This document shows, piece after piece, positions 1 through 14,750 of a stretch of DNA of 64,000 bases (within the stretch, counting starts at the first letter, position 1; every line of letters begins with the position of its first letter). The position numbers and the translations under genes are program-made. Under the pieces are notes generated by a model. It did not search any database. It saw only the letters and a program-made list of their open reading frames with translations, and was not told where the DNA came from. Origin of the DNA: Eledone cirrhosa (lineage: Eukaryota); assembly GCA_964016885.1 (NCBI GenBank), contig OZ024743.1:322710001-322774000 (forward strand). Direction: 5' to 3'.

Positions 1-37
<37 letters not shown>

Positions 38-309
38 TCATTGAAATTTGATCAGAAAATAGTATCCAGAAACCTATAAAGGCTGATTTAATCCACTTAT
101 TATATCTGTCTATGAATTGTGTGGTTTGATACAAATGGAGTTAAAATTAAAATTATGTGGCTATGGAGCAAATTTCTGAGCCACACCATCATGCTTGTAT
201 CTATTTAGAGAAAATAGCAATATTTTAGCATACTTTATGCATAAAGTAAAAAAGAAAATGTATCAAGAAAGGTATTATATATTTATATTAAATGTATTAT
301 ATATTTTAA

Positions 310-462
310 GGTGGTGGCAAAGCCATTAGAATGTCAGATAGAATGCTTTGCAGTATTCATTCCAACTCTCTGTGCTCTGAGTTCAAATACCACTGAGTTC
401 AACTTTGTCTTTCATCCTTACAAGGTTAATAAATATAGTACCAGTCCAACACTGGAGTCAAT
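310..462 (+). mobile_element. SINE with Meta-domain-like core (decayed)
   Basis: ctgagttcaaat...aactttgtctttcatccttacaagg...agtaccagt. Related copies near 1800-1895, 16340-16480, 17375-17590, 27500-27620, 30620-30722, 35480-35700, 37260-37413 and 42825-42930. Confidence 0.65.
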
Positions 463-1502
463 TGTTCTTCTATAACTCTTTCTGACGCCCTCTCTATCAC
501 TCTCACCCCTCTTTTGGAACAAATTTGCTGTTTTCAGACCTGGAGAGAGGATGGGCTCTGCCAGGTTTAAACAAAAATGCCCAAGAAATACTACTGTATG
601 TCACTATGTCACTCCTACAACTGGACCAGGATTTACAAGACAATACATACTAACATTATATATTTTAGCCTATAAATATAAATAATGTAAACTATGCATG
701 ATTATTAATAACTTCTGAAATCAATAAATGAAACATAGTTACTAAGACTTTAAAATTACAAGTTTGGTTGGTATTTAAGATTTTTGAAATATAATTTTAT
801 ATTTAGAAAATGTAGGAATCCCAAACCCAGAAATAAACCACAACAACAATCAATTGCTATAAATAATAGCTTAGAATATAGAATAAAATATCCCTATGGA
901 CAAGAAAAAGTGGCCAGCGGATGCTTTTTGGAACACCTAGCTTAGCAAGTGCCTCTATGACTATTGTAAACTTTCTCAACAACATCACCAACAATACCAC
1001 AACAACATCATTATCATCTATGTCAGTCTCCACCTGCAACAGATTGCACACTATGATGACTTAGTTGCTTTCAATGTTTCCTATTTTATGTGGCTTTGTT
1101 TAGTTCTTATAGATTTAAAACAGATCATTTATAGTCATAGTCCCACCAGCACCTCAGTGGCCTACCCCTCTTTCTTTTACCCACACATGTTTTAAGAAAG
1201 ACCTTTTTGTGGATATGTTTACATATCACCTGAGAAGAGATAATCAGGAATGATCTGAAAGCCTAGAACCTGGACTAAAACTTCTCCCTGGAACGAACAC
1301 CCAGGAGAGATGATTTGAAAGAGGCTACCAAAATGTCCAATGTTTGTGACGAGTAAAGAAGACTTTAAACCAGATGACGATGAAGATGATTATGATTTAT
1401 GTGACCAAAGAGCTCTGCTTTTGACGACAACAAAACAAAAAGAGTAGGAGAAATAATAACAAAAACAGACTGAAGGCTAAACAACAACAACAACATACTT
1501 AC

Positions 1503-1601
1503 CTTTATTGGATACACTACAGCTTCCTTCACTAATCTCTTGGCTTCATCTAAACCAATAATATCATTCCATCCAAGATTTGGGTTATGGACATAAATCT
1601 C
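1503..1601 (-). CDS. KATNAL2: KATNAL2 coding exon 9 (99 nt, start of AAA domain)
   Basis: cag|GAG...AAG|gtaagt; [33 protein letters not shown]. Confidence 0.95.
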
Positions 1602-4389
1602 CTGTTTATGGAACACAAAACAACAAAGTACACTTAGACAGATTAAAGAGACAACAGAACATGTTAGGAACAGGCACAAAGATATTGGGTGGAGTGTGAC
1701 TTAGAAATATTGGTGGCAGGGGACTTAGACATATTGGAGGGAAGAATCAGAGATATTTGGGGGTGGACTCAGAAATATTCAGGAGTGGGGGCAGGGACTC
1801 AGAAACATTGGTGGTAGAGATATTTAATAGAATATCTTATGTATTTACTCCAGCTCTTTGTACTCTGAGTTAAAATCCAGCTGAAGTTAACTTTATATCA
1901 TCATCATTTTACATCCACTTTCCAGGTTGGTATAGGTTGGACTTTATATATATGCACATCTATCTATTTATCTTCGGTCCATACCTCGACGGCCTACCGC
2001 GACTCTCGGATAGCGAGGCAAAGTTCTGCAAAAAGCCGATTTCAGCCGCTGAGTTAGGGGACGCGCTGAGCCAATGTGGCAAACGCAAATCTCCAGGTCT
2101 CGACGGTCTACCCTACGAATTTTACGTAGCAATGCCGGACTTATTCTCCGGTCTCCTGGAAGCGGTCTACTGCAACTGGCAACAGAACGGGAGAATTCCC
2201 AGTTCTGTAACCGGGGGCATGGTCACACTAATCAGGAAGGACGAGAATAAGGGGGATGACATAGGCAACTTCCGGCCCATAACTCTGCTAAACACAGAGT
2301 TACAGATTTTGGCCAAGGTGTTGGCAAAGAGGCTGGTGCTTGTCGTCGAGAACCTGGTGGGAGAAGCGCAGACATGCGCAATCTCGACCAGGTCCATACA
2401 CAACAACCTCCACCTCATGCGATACATCATAGAGAGGGTAGGGTGTAAACCTGGCTTCGGTGGGGCCCTGATCAACTTGGATCAGTCTAAGGCTTTCGAT
2501 AGGGTTGACCATCGTTACCTGGATGCGGTGCTCGAGGCGGCAGGCTTCGGACCCGTGTTCAGGGGCTGGATTGCTGCAATGCACAACGGCAACATCTGCT
2601 CAAGGGTCAAGGTGAACGGCTACCTCTCGGAGCCGTTCCATATTACGCGATCCATTCGACAGGGATGCCCTCTCTCCTCCCTTCTGTACGTACTGACTCT
2701 CGAGCCACTACTGCGGAAGTTGGAGCTATTGCAGGGCATCCCTCTGGAACCGGGACTGCGGAAAGCAGCGTCGGCCTACGCCAACGACGTGACAGTAATG
2801 GTGTCGAGCGCCTCGCAAATCGAGGAAGTCGCCACCTTACTGAAGGAATACGAAAGTTTCACAGGAGCGAAGCTGAACCGGGACAAGTCCATCGGTTTAC
2901 AACTCGGATCGTGGAGAGGCAAACTGATGCCTTCCGATGGCGTCGTCGGACGCTGGACGGAAGGACCGGTAAAGCTGTTCGGGGTCTGGTTTGGTCCGGA
3001 CCTCCAGGTGGAGAAGAACTGGAACGAAGTGACGGCCAAGGTGTTTGCACTCACCCAGAAGTGGGCCGAATGCAAACTATCCTTGAAAGGTCGAGCGGAG
3101 GTGGCGAACACTTTTATAGCGTCCGCCATCTACTACCGCTTGACCATCGTGCCTTGTCCAGCCAAAACGCTCGCCAAAATGGAACGCGCGCTCTTCCGAT
3201 TCCTTTGGAAGAGGCGGGCTCCTTTGGTGAGAAGATCCATCTGCTGCCAACACCCTTCTAACGGAGGGCTGGGGATGCCGTGGTTGACGATGCGCAAACA
3301 GGCGCTCAGGCTGCGGCATCTCTACGTATTCCTCACCGGACAACCGGTGTGGGGCCCGTTCGTGAGGCGAGCCTTCCCACGACTCGTCTCGCTGACCGAG
3401 CTGCAGTCCTGAGTCAAGCAAAGACCGAGGAAAATGGGCGACTGGCACATCGAATGTGCTCAGGTGCTCACAGCCCTCTGGCAGGCGGACCCGGCGATCA
3501 GTGGAGGAAGATGAACTGGCCAGTCTGTTCGGTAGGACCTTCCGCCCGGGACCGATGGACAACTTCCAAAAGTCCCTGGCCTGGCAGTGCTACCGAGGAG
3601 CTCTACCAGTTCGAGACAAGCTCTACAGACATGGGCGCCCGGGCAGGGACCCTGCAAAAAAGATCTGTCCGAGGTGCGTGCGAGACGAAGAAACCGTCGC
3701 GCACGCATTCATACACTGCCCGGGCGTCACTGACCTGTGGGGCTATGTAGAACGACTATTGTCGTGAGTGGGACCAATCCAGTTGACCACCGAGTCCATT
3801 GTCATGATCAAACCGCCACCCACCTTCAAAAACGAAGGAGAGGCGGTTTTCCTTTGTGTGATAGCTATGGCAAAAGAGGTTGTATGGTGGACAAGGTTGA
3901 AAGGGCTGAGGTCAGACACCTTTCTCTCCGGCCAACAACTGATTCTTTTTTTCAAATACCACTTTGGAAGAAGAATCAGGATGGAGAGAGAGGTGCTGTA
4001 CCCCAGCAAGTTTTATGAAAGGTGGGTGAAAGTGGCGAGAATGGCCCGAGTGAATGGGCCTTCTCTCTATATCAGCCTGTAGGTTGAGGAAAAGGAGGAG
4101 GAGAGGAAAGGAGTACAAACTCTTCGTACTCCTGGAGACGAGGGTCGCACATTTTTTCGGGGGTATGTGTTACCCATATAAACTGTCTCCCCCTATTGGG
4201 GAAAATCGACTAACTTTTTAAATTCCATTTGTGATAACATTTTACACGTTTTTATTGTATGTAAACTTCCCCCTTTGTATTTGTCCCCTTCTTTTGTGCC
4301 CCTGTGGCTAATAAAGAAACATATCTATTTATCTATCTGTTTGTCTGTCTGTCTGCTTGCCTACCTAGCTACCTACCTGCATATTTATC

Positions 4390-4460
<71 letters not shown>

Positions 4461-4637
4461 CAAAGGAAATGTGGTAAGGAACCAGGTGGACCATAACGCA
4501 CCAAAGTACTCAATATTTAGGGTAGTAGAGTGGGTAATAGGAACGAGTAGGACCCCGACGGCTGAGCTCAAGCCGTTTCGACGGCTAATTCTAGCCGTCG
4601 AAACGGCTTGAGCTCAGCCGTCGGGGTCCTACTCGTT

Positions 4638-4694
<57 letters not shown>

Positions 4695-6620
4695 AACACA
4701 CAGTTCACGCTGTAATGTGGCCGTGTAGGCAACACGGTAAAAACCTCCCAGCCCCACACTGTAAATGTGGTTGGTGTTAGGAAGGGCATCCAGCTGTAGA
4801 AAACCTGCCAGATAGTCCTATGCGAGCAAGATAACCACTCTTGCCTCAAGTGGGAAAACCCTCCGTCCAAACCCATGCAAGCATGGAACACGGACGTTAA
4901 ACGATGATGATGATGATGATATATATTGAGATTGACAAATATAGGGTCCAAGAGGCAATTAAGGAAATGAAATATAGTAAGGCCACTGAACCGTCGGGGA
5001 CAGTTGCTGAGATGCTGAAGGCATCAGAAGTAGGCACTAAACTGGTTGCACACATCATCAATCAAGCTATATATGGCGGTGTCATATCCAAAGACTGGTG
5101 CATCAGTATTCTCATAAATTTCTACAAAGGTAAAGGGGATGCTCTGGAGAGGAGCAATTATAGAGGCATAAAGCTGATGGATCAGGTTATGAAAGTGGCA
5201 GAGAGAATATTAGCGGTACTAATTAGAGAAAGGGTCAAATTATATGAGATGCAGTTTGGTTTTGTGCCTGGGAAAAGAACAACAGATGCCCTCTTCTTAG
5301 TGAGACAACTACAAGAGAGGTTCTTAGAGAAGAATAAGCTACAATACTTAGATTTTGTTGACCTAGAGAAGGCCTTTAATAGGATACCCCGATCTGTTAT
5401 CTGGTGAAACTAGGTGTAGAGGAATGGCTTGTGAGGACAGTGCAAGCTATGTACAGAGGTGCTATCAGTAAAGTGAGAGTAGGAATGGAGTTTAGTGAGG
5501 AATTTCAGATACAAGTAGGAGTACATCAGGATTCAGTCCTCAGCCCACTCTTGTTCATTGTAGTCTTCCAGAGGAGTTTAAGATGGGAACTTCTCTATGC
5601 TGACGATCTGGTTCTTATAGCAGAATCAGTAGAAGAGCTAGAGAATAAATTCTGCCTATGGAAACAGCAGTTGGAATCAAGAGGATTGAGAGTGAACCTA
5701 GCTAAGACAAAAGTGTTGATAAGTAGAAAAGAGGACAATACTCTGATTCCATCAGGGAAATGACCATGTTCGATATGTAGAAAAGGAACTGGCATAAATT
5801 CTATAAAATGTACACAATGCAGATCTTGGGTACACAAGAGATGTAGTGGGATAGCAGGCAAACTAACAGGTAGGGAAAAATACATATGCAGTAGATGTAC
5901 AGGGAAATTTGACAGTAGTAATCGCAGTGATAGACACATTTTTCAAATGCAGGTGGGTTCTATAGAAGTCGTTGATAGCTTCCAGTACCTAGGTAATCAA
6001 ATTAGCATGGGAGGGGGTTCTAAGGCCATAGTATCTAGAATAAGGATGGTTTGGAAGAAGTTTAGGGAGCTGCTTCCTCTGTTGACAAAGAAGGGTTTCT
6101 CCCTGCGTATCAAAGGCTGGTTATATGATGCCTGTGTGAGATGTGCGATGCTGCAGAGGATATGCAATGGCTGGAGAGAAATGAAGTAAGCATGCTCCGT
6201 AGGATGTGCAATGTCAATGTGCGTGAAAGACCAAGCATAGACGAGTTGAGAGAGAAACTGTGTATAAGAGGGATAAGTCGTGGAGTGTGGGAGAGAAGAC
6301 TGAGATGGTATGGACATGTGATGCGCATGGAGGATGACCACTGGGTGAAGAAGTGCCAAGAAATGCTAGTTGAAGGAAGATGCAGTAGAGGAAGAGAACA
6401 AAACACATGGGCAGAGGTGGTGAGAGCAAACCTCAGACAACTAAAGCTCACAGAGGAGATGACGAAGGACCGTGACAAGTGGAGAGATGCTGTGCTGAAT
6501 AGGACCCGTCCCACCCTTGCAAGCAGGGAAAAGCGGACGTAAAATGATGATGATGATGATATATATACCCTTGCAAGCAGGGAAAAGCTGACGTAAAATG
6601 ATGATGATGATGATGATGAT

Positions 6621-6715
<95 letters not shown>

Positions 6716-8261
6716 ATGTGTGTAACAATGATCATGACATCCACATTGAGAACCATCAACCTTTCTAAAGAATATACTGTCTTTGAGACATGGAACATCC
6801 ACACACTATATGGTTGTGGAAGGACAAAAGAACTTCAACATAAACTTGTCAGATACACATGGCATATCCTATGGTTGGCTAAAGTCAGGTGGACTTGATT
6901 TAGTGAGATGACTACAAATGAAGGCTACAAATTGTGGTACAGTGGAGGTGACACAAAGCTTAACCCTTTAGCATTCACATTACTCTATATATATACTATT
7001 GTATTTGTGTTCCATATACACTATTGTTTTTTCATACAGGCTTTACCTCGCATAATTATCTCACATAATATCAAATCTATGAGATTTTGAAAGTATTTAT
7101 TTTGAGAAAAATCCCTTAACATCAGTTTGAGCGACCAGTTACAGCCAGTTTCAACAGAAAGAGGTAGAGAATTCTGGCCGGTTTGAACATTAAAGGATTA
7201 AACATGGAGTGAGTTTCATCATTAACAAAACCAGAGAGAGCTCAGTCATCAGCTGTACTGTAGTATCCAGTAGACTCATCACCATGCATGTAGCTGCAAG
7301 ACCACAGAATATTACTATCATACAAGTCTATACAAGATTATTACGATGATGCTGTTGAAGAGTTCTATAAAGACCTGCAGAAAAATCATAAGGACAGCTC
7401 CTAAAAAAAGACTTCCTCATCTTTTTAGGAGACTGGAGTGCTAAAGTAGGCCTAGGAACATTTGACCAATAGTCTGGGACAGTGGAACGATTTGGGATTA
7501 AAGAAACAAACTATCGTGGATGCTGACTCTTAGAATTTGCTAGCACCATAAACTGACCCTCACCACCACACTGTTCCCACATAAAACCTCACATAGAACA
7601 ACATGGCATACACCCAGTAGCAGGACTCACAACCAAATTGACTTCATCCTCGCACCTCAGAAGTTCAAGTCTTGTATCAATAAGGCCAAGTCTAGGACAT
7701 TTGCTGGTGAAGGTGCCAACAGTGACTATGATTTGGTTCTGATGACAGTAAAGCTTTAGTTAAAAAAGATCCATAAGAAGGGGACCATACATATTAGTTT
7801 TAATGTAGACAAACTAAATGGTTATGTCATGATATCTTGACGTAATCATTTCACCACGGAAATATGCTTCATAGCAATTGTGTAATTAAATAAATTATGA
7901 AATCTACCATTTGTAAGATAGTCATGATGCTAGTGACACAATGAAAAAATATCAGGTTCAACCTGCCAGTAGGTCATTTTGGTGCCTTGATAAAAGCATC
8001 CAGTCAACACTGTAAATGTGATTCGTGTTAGGAAGGGCATCCAGCTGTAGAAACTAAGCCTGAAACAGTTTTGTATGAGCAAGGCACAGTGACCTGATCT
8101 GACTTGTATTACAATCGGACAACTTGTCTAACCCATGCTAGTGTGGAAAATTGACATTAAACAGTGATATATACATATCAAATGAAGCAACAGAGTAAAG
8201 GACTTGCGTTGTTCCCTGTATACCCTGTAATGAAAAAGCATATTCTTTTCATGTATTCTCT

Positions 8262-8311
<50 letters not shown>

Positions 8312-8527
8312 AACCAGTAAGACCCCGACAGCTGAGCTCAAGCCGTTTCGACGGCTAATTCTGGACTCCAGAATTAGCCGTCGAAACGGCTTGAGCTCAG
8401 CTGTCGGGGTCTTACTGGTTCCTATTACCCACTCTACTACCTCAAGTATTGAGTACTTTGGTGCGTTATGGTCCACCTGGTTCCTTACCACATTTCCTTC
8501 GTTATATATATATATATATATATATAT

Positions 8528-8559
<32 letters not shown>

Positions 8560-11500
8560 TTTACGTCCATTCTTCCCCACTAGCATGGGTTAGACGGGTT
8601 GTCCTGTTGTAGGCAGTGTCCGGTCGGCTGACCTTGTCTTGCTCATACAGGAACTGATTCTGGCTTGATTTCTACAGCTGAATGCCCTTCCTAACACCAA
8701 CCTCATTTACAGTGAGTGCTGGGTGCTTTTTTCCGTGGTGCCTACTCGTCCACTTTACAGTGTGGGCTGGGTGTTTTTTTTTTGCTGTGGCACCTCCACG
8801 ACCACTTTTCAGCGGGAGGGTGTGGGGCATATTGTCTATATGCTTCAGCTTCGGCTTGTTCCTGTGGGGGGTCAGGTCTTCTGTATTACTGCATGACGCC
8901 AGAGGTCACGGTCGTGTGTCATTGCTCTTGAGAGGTGCAATTGGGTAAGGTCGGTCTTTATCACCTCATCCCAGGTCTTCTTGGGTCTCCCCACTCTGCA
9001 GCTTCCATCGACTTCTAGTTCTCTGCACCTTTTTATGCAGCTGTCATCCTCCATATGCATCACATGTCAATACCAACGTAACCTCCTCTCCTGCACACAA
9101 TATTTGATTCCTCTTATGTTCAGTCTCTCTCTCAATTCATTTATATTTTGCCGTTCACGTATATTACTATTACGCATCCATCGGAGCATGCAGTCTTCGT
9201 TTCTTTCTAATCTGTGCAAGTCTTCTACAGACAGCGCCCATGTAACATTGCTGTTTGTATACACGCATCATACAGTCTGCCTTTCATTTTGAGGGAAAAG
9301 CCTTTTGCAGCTAGCAGTGGCAGTAGCTCCCTGAACTTCTTCCATCCCGGTCTTACCCTAGTTATTGTACTTTCTGAACACCCACCTCCGCTGCTAATTA
9401 TGTCACCTAGGTAGCAGAAGCTGTCTACTGTTTCTACAGAGCCCTCCCAGTTTGCTTGTTTCCTGTGGTCGTTTGCTGCTTGCTGTCTCAGCGCAACTGC
9501 TACATTCTTAGTTAAACTTCCTGAGATCCGACTACATCTTTTCTGTACCCATTGTTTGCATTTGGGGCAGAGGATGGAGTTCCTACCTACACCTTTCCTA
9601 CATACTGAGCAAGGCTATTTCCCTGAGGGAATCTGGGTTCTGTTTTCTCGTCTACTTACAAGAACCTTAGTCTTTGTCAGGTTGACTTTGAAACCCTTTC
9701 TTACTAGTCCCTGCTTCCATGTTTGGAATTTCTTCTCTAGTTCCACCATGGATTCAGCTATAAGTGCGAGATCATCCACATACAGGAGTTCCCATGGGCA
9801 TCCGGTCTTAAACTCTTCTGTTATTGCCTGCAAAACTATAATGAACAGGAGAGGGCTAAGCACAGAGCCCTGGTCAACACCGACCTGTATGCTAAATTCC
9901 TCGCTATATTCATTTCTAACTCTAACTTTGCTGACTGCTCCTCTATACATGGCTTTCACAAGCCATTCATCTACTTTCACAAGCCATTCATCTACTCCTA
10001 ATTTTCTAAGAGCCCACCAGATTATAGCATGGAGGACTCTGTCGAAGGCTTTTTCCAGATCAACAAAAGCCAGGTAGAGCGGCTTACTTTTAGCTAGGTA
10101 CTTTTCCTGTAACTGCCTCACAAGGAAGAGGGCATCAGTGGTGCCTTTTCCTGGTACAAACTCAAATTGCATCTCATCTAGTTTCACCCGGTCCCTAATC
10201 AACTGTGCTATAACTCTTTCTGTTACTCTCATGACCTGGTCCATCAGCTTTATACCTCTATAGTTTCCTCTATCTGGTGCATCACCTTTACTTTTGTAGC
10301 AGTTGACAATGATGCTGCTGCGCCAATCCTTTGGCATGATACCCTCTAGTATTACCTGGTTAACAATTTGTGTGGTTATGTTGTGACCTACCGACCCAGA
10401 TGCCTTCAGTATCTCAGCAGCTATACTGATGGACCGGTTGCCTTCCCTGTCTTCATATCTTTGATTGCCTTATTTACTATGCTGCTGCTGACTTGTACTG
10501 CTGGCCCCTCTATAGGGTCCACTTGGGGTAAGGTCTCTTTTTCCCATGCATTCTCCTCGTTTAGTAATCTTTCATAATGGCTCTTCCATGCAGCTTTCTT
10601 CTCGGCACTTGTGAGGGCAAGCTCACCATTATCATTCCAGATACACTTCTCTCCAATGACATAACAATTCTCTCTGACACACTGCCTCACAATCTTGAAC
10701 ACCTCCTGTTTCTGGTCCTCCCGTTGCAAAGCATGCTTGAATTTTCTATCCTCTGCTTCCCTTCTAGCTAAGTATATATATATATATATATATACACATA
10801 TATAATAAGTGGTTTAGTAGATTCATGGTCTACTGAGGAAGGTACAAAAATCATCACTCTATTCTAGACAGAGTGTATATATACGATTTTGGTTTTGCTT
10901 GATTAACAAGTCTGATGAGCAGATTGAGCTGGAGTCAGATCTATAACATTCACATAGATCCCGAGCCACCCATCTGTGAAACGGTCATAACTGTGTATAA
11001 TCAATAAATACCTTAATGTGAAACCTCCCTTTATTTGAGCAAGACACTTTATTTCACATTGCTCCAGTTTACTCAGCTGTAGAAATGAGATGATAGGGAC
11101 TGGGATCCCTATCATTCCACTGCAAAGTGGTCGTGGAGGTGTCACGGCAAAAAAGCACCCAGCACTCACTGTAAATGAGGTTGGTGTTAGGAAGGGCATC
11201 CAGCTGTAGAAATCAAGCCAGAATCAGTTCCCGTCACACCCTTGCAAGCAGGGAAAAAATGGACGAAAAATGAAATGATGATGATGATGATGATATATAT
11301 ATATCATCATTTCATTTCATCATCATTTCATTTTACGTCCGCTTTTCCCTGCTTGCAAGGTGTGACGGGAACTGATTCTGGCTTGATTTCTACAGCTGGA
11401 TGCCCTTCCTAACACCAACCTCATTTACAGTGAGTGCTGGGTGCTTTTTTCCATGGCGCCTCCACGACCAAATATATATATATATGGAGGCACTTGGCTT

Positions 11501-13930
11501 AGTGGTTAGAGCATTGGCCTTGCAATCAAAAGGTTGTGAGTTCAATTCTCAGACTGGGTGATGTGTTGTTTCCTTGAGCAAAACACTTTATTTCACATTG
11601 CTCCAGTTTACTCAGCTGAGATGATAGGTCTGGGGTCCCTATCATTCCACTGCAAAGTGGTTGTGGAGGTGCCACGGCAAAAAAGCACCCAGCCCACACT
11701 ATAAAGTGGACGTGCAGGAGCCACAGAAAAAAAGCACCCAGCACTCACTGTAAATGAGGTTGGTGTTAGGAAGGGCATCCAGCTGTAGAAATCAAGCCAG
11801 AATCAGTTCCCGTCCCACCCTTGCAAGCAGGGAAAAGCGGACGTAAAATGATGATGATGATGATATATATATATTTATTTATTTATTTAATATAGAAATG
11901 GCTTCTACAGGACTAGAACTGTTTCATTCGAAGGATATATATATATATATATCTGATTAGACCAGATCAGGCCAAACCAGATCAGACTGGATTGGATCAA
12001 ACCTGACCAGATTGGATCAAACTGAATTGGATCAAACCAGATTAATCCAAATTAGATAGGTTCAAACAGGATCGAATCAAACCAGATCAGATCAAACTGG
12101 ACTGGATGAAATTGGATCAGATCAGACAGGATTGGATGAAACCAGATCAGATCAAACTCAATCGGATCAAACCAGTTCGGATCAGACCAGATCAGATCAA
12201 ACTGGATTGGACCAGACAAGATCGGATCAAACTGGATCGGATCAGACCGGATCAGATCAAATCTGATTGGATCAGAGTGGATCAAATTTGATTGCTTTGT
12301 ACCAGATTGGGCCAAATCAGGTCAACTTGGACTGGAACAAAATGGTCTGGATTGGATCAAAATGGGTCAGGTCAGATCAGACCATATTAGGCTGAGTGAG
12401 AGTGGTCTGGATTAGATAGATTAATATCAGCCCGATCTGATAGATGAGGACTTAAAGAGAGAGATGAAGAGAGAGAATGAGGATGAGAGTGATTGTGGGT
12501 GAGAGGGAGCATGAAATTAATAGTTTAAAATGTATTTCCTTTCTATGATGTGGTAGATTTCATTTGTGTCTGTTTATAAAAATTTAAGTATTTCTCCATT
12601 TATATAATACTAGCAGAATGGCCCGGCGTTTCTCGGAATTTGCTCTAGGGTTCTTATATATTTGATATATATTTATCCTTATCGAGCCTCGTGAAATAAA
12701 TACGTTTGTTTATATTTTGTTATTGTGTATGCAAAATATCTGTACACGAATATATATATTAAAATAACAGATTAAAGTTTAAGCAAAGAATCACTGCTTT
12801 CACACTTAATGGGATCTTCTGAAACTAAAAAAAATCAATCTGTGAACGCAGAAAATGAATCGCTGCTTTCACCATTAACGGGATCTTCTACCTAAAAGCA
12901 GTATGAAGTACACTAAGACTAACTGATGTAATCGTTGGCCTTGTTTGTTTATATTTTGTTTTTGTGTATGCAAAAATATCTGTCAGTGATGCATGTGATT
13001 ATGTAATCGCCAGCCTTGTTTGTTTATATTTTGTTTATGCAAAAATATCTGTACACGAATATCTATATTAAAATAACATATTAATGTTTAAGCAAAGAAT
13101 CGCTGCTTTCAACCTTAATGGGATCTTCTGAAACTAAAAAAAATCAATCTGTGAACACAGATGTAAATATTTCGAAAAACGTTGCAACCGAAGGAAAACA
13201 GGAAGACAATACTTTGGTTTGTGAAGACGTTCCCTGGCATAAGAATATGTATATATACACACACACTATATATACATATATACACACACACACTGATCGC
13301 GTCATAATGACGTAATGCAGACAGTTAGGCATACAGACAGATATTATGAAGGTGCGACGTCATATCTATGTATCTATTTAAAAAGAGAAAGACTAAGAGA
13401 AAGAGAAAGAGATCTCTAAATCGCCTAATGCAGTCCCTAGGGCATTGAACATTTGAAATTCTTTTTGTTCAGAACACTCAATAGGACCATAAGTATTACA
13501 TGTGTAAAGTTTGAAAAAAAAAGGTTGGGTAGTTCTCGAGTTTTAGGGAAACAGATACACAGACATTCTTTGTTTTATATATATAGATATAGTGTGTGTG
13601 TGTTTAGACATAAAATTTAAAGTCATTAATTTACTGCAAATCTTCACAATGATCTGTCTGCTAATAAAGATGCTGCAAACGTTTGAATTAATAAACCAGT
13701 TTTTCGATATTTGCTGATAAATTATTATAGGATGTTAAGAGTAAAAAATTTATATTTCAAGCAAAATTCTAGACTATAGAAGAAGTGCCTGAAGAAGTAA
13801 AAGTAGACTTACCCGACTGATTAGTTGTGCCAAATCTCTCCACTCATTGTTGTAACCCATGTAGCCACCAATTGGCTTTAACAGACGGTCTTGCTGCAAG
13901 CAATTAGCAAATATATATAGATATAGATAT

Positions 13931-13991
<61 letters not shown>

Positions 13992-14691
13992 AAAATGATG
14001 ATGATGATGATGATGATGTGTGTGTGTATATTATATGAATAAGATCTCAACACAAATGTATGCTACCTAAGGTTTCAAACTTCAACCAGGATAGGACATA
14101 GATATTCTATGCCTGTTAGTTTATTTATCTTCAGGCAAAACAAAGATGGCTGAACATTATTTCATATATGAGATCTTGTCAGATGTAAGGGGGGAAATAA
14201 TGTGATAGTACATTTGGTGTTTATGATGTAAGGGGAAGCAATGCATGTGTGTGCCAGTTATACATATATATATATACACATGTATGTGTACATATACACT
14301 CACACACACGAACACACCCGGGCACACACACATGTCCCCACATATGATGACACGGGAGGCTCATTGTATATGGTGGGGGGCATCTTCTGAAAAATTCATT
14401 TTCTGTATTTAGATATTTCTTAGAGGACTTCGGGTCCTGCAATATTCTAAACATTTTGGTTAAGCAAAGTGAACACCTCTTTGTTCCTTTCCTATAAAGG
14501 CATGATTTATCCAGAATATTCTGGCTGATCTTCACCAACAGCCTGTTGAAAATGTTCCTATATCTATGTTCAGGAGAGATATTTTTATCTAATAACTCTA
14601 AGAATGTTTTACCTATGTTAGTCTTTGATTCTAGGAAGTAGGGTGCTGTAAACCATATATTTCTTTTCTTCTTTTTTTGTGTATTTTGATG

Positions 14692-14750
<59 letters not shown>

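Noticed and set aside
11487-11560. tRNA gene
   Set aside because: The A/B boxes belong to a SINE head that runs into a core and LINE-type tail, and it has several dispersed copies.
12052-12315. Pentapeptide-like repeat ORFs (also 26802-27250)
   Set aside because: They arise from the 5-nt periodic array; there is no splice or domain support.
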